DNA from: the human T2T-CHM13v2.0 reference genome, Homo sapiens
NCBI RefSeq assembly: GCF_009914755.1
Contig: NC_060925.1
Strand: one strand, 5' to 3'
Length of the DNA stretch: 64,000 nucleotides
The position numbers and the translations under genes are program-made. The notes beneath the pieces are model-generated. The model was not told the DNA's origin and ran no database searches. It worked only from the letters and a program-made list of their open reading frames with translations. Within the stretch, counting starts at the first letter, position 1. Each line of letters starts with the position of its first letter. Positions 57,386-64,000 of this stretch are shown one piece after another.

Positions 57386-58194
57386 CACTGGGCAGCCTCT
57401 CTCACAAGATGACCCAAAACATATTATAAATGAGATAGGAGAGGGAGTCAAAACAATTATTTGTAGGGTCTAGCCTCTACAGCATTCACCTTTGCAAGAA
57501 ATAAATCATGTTACCACACTGATCCATGCCAGTGAGTTAACTTCTCATTTATTCATTACAAAAAATAATCTAATTATTTCAAGCCACTAGAGATCACAGA
57601 ATTACAGCTCCAATGCACTAAATTGCTTGCTAGTAACCTTAAAAAGCTAACCAAAAGGTTTAAGCTATTCATGGAAAGCCCATCAGCTTATTAATCAGGG
57701 AGAATCCATCTCCTCCTATTGAGCTCCTGAAATTTCACACACTATAAATAGGCTAGATCTGCACAGCCATAATACCATGTAGAGCCTTCTCCATCTTTTC
57801 TCAAAGGAGTTATTTGATGCGTCCTACCTACCTAACCCTGAAGATGGGGAAAGAGGGAGGAAGAGAGAGCAACACCAAGAAAAAGAGCCCTAGTAGGCTG
57901 CATATGTATAATCCACTGTGTATTTTTCTCTGTAATGGTATGTTTAACCATCTCTAATGACTCCATAAATGCTTTTCAAATCCAGTTTCAATGGTCTATT
58001 TGCTGCCTACTATAGCATATAATCTTTTCCAAAAGTGGTATTGATCTTGTTAAGTCTCCTCATCATCTAGACTTTGAGCATCCCTCAGCAGCCTCATTCC
58101 TACAAACAGACCACATGTTCCTTTCACACAGCTGCCCACAACAGTGTCTGAGAGTGCTTGCCTGGGAAAATGGATTAGGGGTTAGGGGCACAGT

Positions 58195-58310
58195 CATAAT
58201 AATAGCCAGCAGGTATTCAGATGCCCTGTGTAAACACTTTACATATATTTTCACTCATGAACCTCACAACAGCCCTATGAGGAAAGTAGTAGTATCCCCA
58301 TTTTAGGTCA
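58195..58310 (-). mobile_element. MIR
   Basis: CCTCACAACAGCCCTATGAGG...TATCCCCATTTT. Confidence 0.75.
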
Positions 58311-60217
58311 GGAATCATGTTATCCCTATTTAAGACAGTGCATTCATTCTATTCAAAGGCGTTCTGTAATGGCTCCTCCCCACTGTCCTTTCTTCCCCTA
58401 AGGCCCATCACCCCCAGTTTTTTGTGGCATCAAAGAGAACTGTGTAATTCATTATGTATTTCCTTCCTCAACACCAAGGACAGCATCCAATTCCATTGAG
58501 AATTCTGTGACAAGAGGTGAAATGGAAGGTGAAGAACCATTCTGTCCCCTCACTCATAGATGAATACAGAATGAAATCTAAACTGCCTGTGCCCAGTCTT
58601 TTCTCCCAACCAAATGTTCTCTCTCTTTCCCTCCCTCTGTCTCTCTCTCACACATGCACACACTCCTCATGTGCCCCAGTTACATCTGACCAAGTCCAGA
58701 CTCCAGTACCGTCTACATCTCCCATCTGTCAGAATTCATACTCTTCCTAGCCTACATAGCCTTTTCCCCATGATTTCGACCTCTCCAAAGGCTATTCATC
58801 CTTCAAGGCCTGCTCTTTCTCAAGGAAGTACTTGTTCCTCTCAAGTCAAGGCTGATCTTTCTCCTCCTGTTCTTACTCTGTCCCTTTAACTCTTTTTCGT
58901 GGCTGGCTTTGTATTAAAGTCTCTCTTCTCAGCTAAGTTGTTATTCCCCAGATGCAACAGGTCACACCTTATTTATCTCTGAAGCCACTCTTCTGCCTGC
59001 CTAAATTCACAGTAGTCAACACATGGCTTTACAAGAAGTAAATCATCACTGTGTGTTTAATGAATCGAATTGACTGTTGGGGCAGCAGATCTGCAGTGGC
59101 TATTGAAGGCAGGAACCCAGAGAAGCCCCCAACTCAGAATAAAGGATGACTATTCAAATGAAAATTTTACTTGAGGTAGAATGAAAAAGGAAATTGCAAG
59201 TGAGCAATTACCACTCAGAATTCATGCCTCCAAATGCTATCAAGCATTTGGATCTTTTTGGAGTGGAGTTTCCAACACTGTGGGCCATCCTCAGGGGCTT
59301 TGGAATGCCCTGTCCAGTCCTTCCTAGGGAGTATGCTGATGTATGCACTCCTCCTCAAGGAGGGAAGTTTGGGAGTCATCAGTAAGATACCCTACCAATT
59401 CTTGATGAAATGAGACATGGGGTGCATTTTCATATAAAAAGAAATACAGCTATTGTACAGACTGATCAACAAGGCCTGGGAGGAGGTTCTGGGTGAAAGC
59501 CCAGAGATCAGGTGAGCTCCCTGGGTGTTAGGCAGGACTGATGAGAAAGTGTGAATCAGCAGGGCAAGCCTGGAGAAAGATGAGGTTGAAGGTTAAAGAC
59601 AAACTTTGCCCTGGTTCTTTGCCTAGGACAGGCTTTCTTTGCAAGGTAACTCAGCTGTCACCCTTGAGATAGCAGGATGCTCTGCAGACAGCCTGCTTTC
59701 TTGCCCTGTGCCACTGACGGGGAAGATTCACAAGGCCTGGGGAGGAGCACAAACCTGCCTCCTATCTCTATGATCCCCAGTAACACAGTATGTCCATGGT
59801 GGAGAGGGAGGGGGAGTCAACAGGGGAGCAGCCACCAGCCTCACCCCCTCGACATTCATGTGACCCGATTGTGTCAGCGTCACTTGTCCCCCCATCTGTC
59901 ACAATGTCAGTTCCTGCTGGGGCCCTGGGATCCACAGAGGTTGCTCCACATGTCGCCCCATTTATCTTTGCAGGCGGCAGCACTGATGGGTTTGACAGTT
60001 CTATTTGTTATCCTACAAAGCAGGGTCCCCACTCCTCAAAGCAAAGGGAAGAAAAGTCAGCATGGAAAAGGACCGGGACAGAAATAGGCAGTAGGAAAAA
60101 TCTGGAGGAGGAAGTTTGTACCAGCTGATGGAGATGGGAAGAAGAGAGGTCCAGCAATTGGGAAAAGCAGTCCCTGCACCTTGCCTTCTGGAGGATGGTG
60201 GAAACAGCAGAAAGTGA

Positions 60218-60245
60218 TGTGTGTGTGTTTGTGTGTGTGTGTGTA
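60218..60245 (+). repeat. (TG)n microsatellite
   Basis: TGTGTGTGTGTTTGTGTGTGTGTGTGT. Confidence 0.85.
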
Positions 60246-60644
60246 TATAAAAATACATAAGCAGTGTGACTAGCAGATAACAAAAATGGCCTGCTGTGCC
60301 TTTGTAGAACTGACCCCCACATTTGGGAGCCACCATATTCGTGCTCCCCCTTCCCACCTTCTCCTCTCCACCCCGACACCTTCTTCAAGGAGAGGAACTC
60401 ATGGAGACATGGGTCCTAGGCCTGCTGACACCTCAGGCTCCAATCCTCAGGCCATGATGTTTATCATAGCTGGTGCTCAGAACACAGACTCCATCTTTGG
60501 GAAAGATGCTAACCCTGGAGCAGCCTGGCCCACCCCCACTCCCATAGCGCTCAGTCTCACACAAGCCCTCCAACGAGTTAACAAACACCCCTCAGGAAGC
60601 TGCAAATGGCCATGCATATGTCACCGTGAACCACACACTGACAA

Positions 60645-61362
60645 TAAAACCACCTTTGCAAACTCATGACAGTGAAAGGAACCTGACACGGCTGACTCCA
60701 TTATGCTTCTATCCTCACAGGCTGGCTGTCTTCACTCATTCCTGGTTGCGGACCAAGCTAACTTTGGGAGAATTTTAGTTTATAGTCTAAATGATAATAG
60801 CCCTTCCCAAAAACTAAACTGTTCCTATAAACCTAATGAAAGTCCACCAAGTTGGAAGGATGAGAGGGGCCTGAATCTACTGAGATGCAGGCATGGTTAA
60901 ATAATTACCAGCCATTATTCCAGAGATCACAAGATTTGCAACTTCCTCAATTACTCCTGCAGATAACATCACTATTGTAGATCCTAAGATTGGTCTTTTG
61001 AGATGTCTTTTCAGGTTTTTGCATTTCTGACAAGCTGATGGTCCCAACCAGACTCACCAACCAGTCCTGTGGCCCTCCACCCAGAAGTCAACTCAACAGA
61101 AGAGGGCAGCTCCTACTCCCTAGGATTTCATCTCTGACCCAACCAATCAGCACTCCCCATTCCCTGGCCACCTAACCAACAAACTATCCTTGAAAAACTC
61201 TAGTCTTCGATTCGGGGAGACTGACTTGAGTAATAATAAATCTCTAGTCTTCCATTCATCCAGCTCTGTGTAAACTAAACCCTTTCTTTATTGTGATTCC
61301 GCTGTCTTGATAAGTGGGCTATATCTGGGCAGCAGGCAAAATGAACCCACTGGGCAGTTACA
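60645..61362 (+). mobile_element. LTR8-family (LTR8A-like) ERV1 solo LTR
   Basis: TAAAACCACCTTTGCAAA...GGCTGACTCCA...AGATAACATCACTATTGTAGA...GGGCAGTTACA; TSD ACAA/ACAC (3 of 4 match). Confidence 0.88.
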
Positions 61363-61434
61363 ACACTAGGGGGTCTTGAATAGACTAGACTCAAGACACA
61401 GTGCCCATGTAGGTGGGCTGTGCTCCCAGGTAAT

Positions 61435-61650
61435 CACATAATGGCTGCCAGTTATTGAAACCCCTCTACATGTCAGGGGATTTACTGTGATACGTCATTT
61501 AATCTGTACAACAACCCTACGAAGTAGATACAATTAGTATCCCCACCTACAGATGATGAAACTGAGGCACAGGGTCTATCATGCCCAGAGTCTCACAGTA
61601 TGTGAGAACCTAGGCAGTCTGACCGCAACTCCTAAATTATTAAACACAAC
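61435..61650 (-). mobile_element. MIR
   Basis: TCATTTAATC...ACAACCCT...ACAGATGATGAAACTGAGGCACAG. Confidence 0.8.
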
Positions 61651-62874
61651 AGTGCATTGCTTCCCAGAATAATAACTGAATAAGTGTGATGCCCTTTCTA
61701 AAGCTAAAGTGACCAGCCACCCTGGTTTGCTTAGGACTGGTCAACTTGAATGATGGGTCATCTACCTGCAACACAATTTGCCATTCCCCTTCCCCAACCC
61801 ACACCCACATAAACATACATTAGTCTTTTAACCACTCTCATGAGTACTACAATATGAGTATAACTGAGTCAGAAGCTCTCTTCCTGCTTGCGCTTTAAGG
61901 AAGGAGGCCAACCTCTGGAAGACCAGGCCCAGGAAAGTTTTGAGATTTTTGCCCAAGGGAGCCTCTTTCTCTTAGGAGATCCTGTCTGCAGGCCCCTGCT
62001 GCTAAGCCTGACTATGCTGCTGAAGGTCATAGAGAAACTCAGGGGCCTGAGAATAACTGGGAAGCTTTTGAGGGCTCCCTCATAAGACAATACATTTTGT
62101 TATTTATGGAATACTCATAGAGAGTCCAATAGGCTGTGGGGGTGTTGATTGATGTAAAAAGGTAACTAGCTGTGATTATTAGGTAATGAGACTGTTTTTT
62201 TTGTGTGTGTGTGGCTCCTTGGCTAGCTCCAAATGAATAAATGACTGAAACATCAGGCCTCGGGACTCCTTCAGAATGCATGGTGAATGAAGAAAGGCAA
62301 GATGATCAGGTCCCTGTGTTTGGTCAAGGTTTTGTGAACAAGCAAGGTCTTGGAGTTGAAAGTAATACAATCAGTATTAAATAAAATGATATGAGAGAGC
62401 ACCTAAACAGATAGCAGATATTCTCATGGGTTTTCACCACCAAGTTATTTACCATGATTATTATTAAAACCATCTGCTGCCTGGCAAAAAAAAAAAAGGC
62501 TTTTGTCTGGGCACCAACCATCCCACTCTCTTTATTGCTTTTATATGGAGCCTGGGGAGGGAGATGGATGGGATGAGTGGCCACAACTCCATTTGGGAGT
62601 GTCTCAGACAGGCTAGCATAGCATGTTGTATTGCATTCAGAGAACTGGGTGACTGTATTTATCAAGGTGACAAGAATAGGCAGCACCCTCAAGGAACTGT
62701 CAAGTGGAGTTCAGCAGTGAGAGTACGCAGTGGGGATGGGGCTGTGGGCAGGGGAGAGCATTAGGGAAAGTCAGACAGCAAGTTCCATTATAGAACCTGG
62801 GGGCAGTCGAGCAGGTGTTTTGCCTCAGTCTCACCTTAGTCCAACCCCATTGCCTGGGCAACAATGTCAATAAA

Positions 62875-63085
62875 TATAATGACTATTTTTGAGTTCTGAT
62901 TGCAGCCAAACATTAAGAGGAATTTTACATATATAACCATGTAACTACTGTCTTACAGATGTAGAAACTACATCTGGAAAGCAAAACTGGCTTGTTCAGT
63001 GTTATTCAGCCAGCAATGGGGTCTGAACCTAGGGACTTCTCCTGCCAGAGTTTGGGCTCTTTTCATAAAGCCACACTGCTTCCCA
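62875..63085 (-). mobile_element. MIR
   Basis: TTACAGATGTAGAAACT...TGAACCTAGG; degenerate. Confidence 0.55.
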
Positions 63086-63858
63086 ACAAACAGAAGTTTT
63101 CCCAACAGACTTAGACCAAGCTAAAATGTAGCACGCAGTGTAGAAATACCAACCACTCTCTTGGAAATTATATGGCTTGGAATTTCAAAGGGCCAGAGCA
63201 GAGGTACCTGAGGGTTATGGGCTGTGAGGTACCACAGGCCCATCTTCTGCTGCTTCCCAGCTCCACATCAACCCAAAAGGGCTTCAGGAAGAGGCAACCA
63301 GGAACCCAACAGGCTTGTTCTAGGTGCCTCCATCCCTGGGGCTCTTCATGGACAGCAGCTGCCAAGGCCATAGCTCTCATACGTGTCCTTCCTGCAGGTG
63401 TTCAAGAGGGCCTTTCTTCTCTAGACTGCTCTCAGGTATCCTGATGACATCTCTGCTCAGAAGAGTGGACTGATGAGAAATTGGATGAGATCAAAAAGCA
63501 AGCCCATAGCTGGAGGAAGACTGAGATGAGATCTTGATTCTCTGGTTCCTGGCTCAGGAGCCTGCCCCTCATACGCACCCACTAGCTGCCCGGTGGTACT
63601 CAACATCTAGGGCATTGAGCAGGGCATTGAGCCACTGAGCAGGGAAATATCACCCAAGAAGTCTATCACCTGGCAATTTCCTAAAAAGTAAAGGATCTCT
63701 CCCCAGAATGAATATAAAGAATGCCACTTATTCTCATGAGAATATGCCAATTCAGTCATGCTGGAACTTGATGCTAGATCTTTCAAATGACTTTAATATG
63801 ACCCATCAATTATTCAAAGAATACCTTTTGGGGACCATTTTTCTAGACCCCTTACCAA

Positions 63859-63882
63859 TATATATATATATATATATATATA
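63859..63882. repeat. (TA)n microsatellite
   Basis: About 12 uninterrupted AT dinucleotides. Confidence 0.9.
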
Positions 63883-64000
63883 TTCTTTTTTTATATTGCG
63901 CATCCTTTATTTTACACTTACTAAAGTCCTTTATAATTATTTTTTTCATTAGCTCCAAGGGAGCTAGTAAAGGGAGGAAACAGTGTAATCTTGCTTCCAT

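Noticed and set aside
61869-62090. Short ORFs on both strands in unique sequence
   Set aside because: No recognisable domain or splice context.

Overview
This is mammalian, almost certainly human, non-coding DNA (intronic or intergenic). A near-consensus AluYa5-lineage element points to Homo sapiens. I recognise no host protein-coding exon, rRNA, tRNA or CRISPR array. The only ORFs with a recognisable protein family come from transposons: LINE-1 ORF1/ORF2, Hsmar2 transposase, and a faint L2 ORF2 trace. The window is a dense record of transposable elements: many MIR and L2 relics, five Alus, a 5'-inverted L1PA, a near-full-length Hsmar2 mariner, a MADE1 MITE, hAT relics (MER5A, MER45A, Charlie/MER119-like), and solo LTRs (THE1 x2, MSTB, MLT1 x3, MER52, LTR8-family x2, HERV-W LTR17). 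Two observations stand out. (i) The L1 inversion has cut out an uninterrupted, ATG-initiated, stop-terminated ORF encoding almost exactly the L1 endonuclease domain with its catalytic residues intact. (ii) An AluJ lacks a normal target-site duplication at its 3' end and is instead followed by an inverted copy of the flank enclosing a new 26-bp minisatellite. Repeat family names come from recalled consensus sequences, not from a search. Boundaries of old MIR/L2 relics are approximate (tens of bp). I cannot support a wholly new biological system here.
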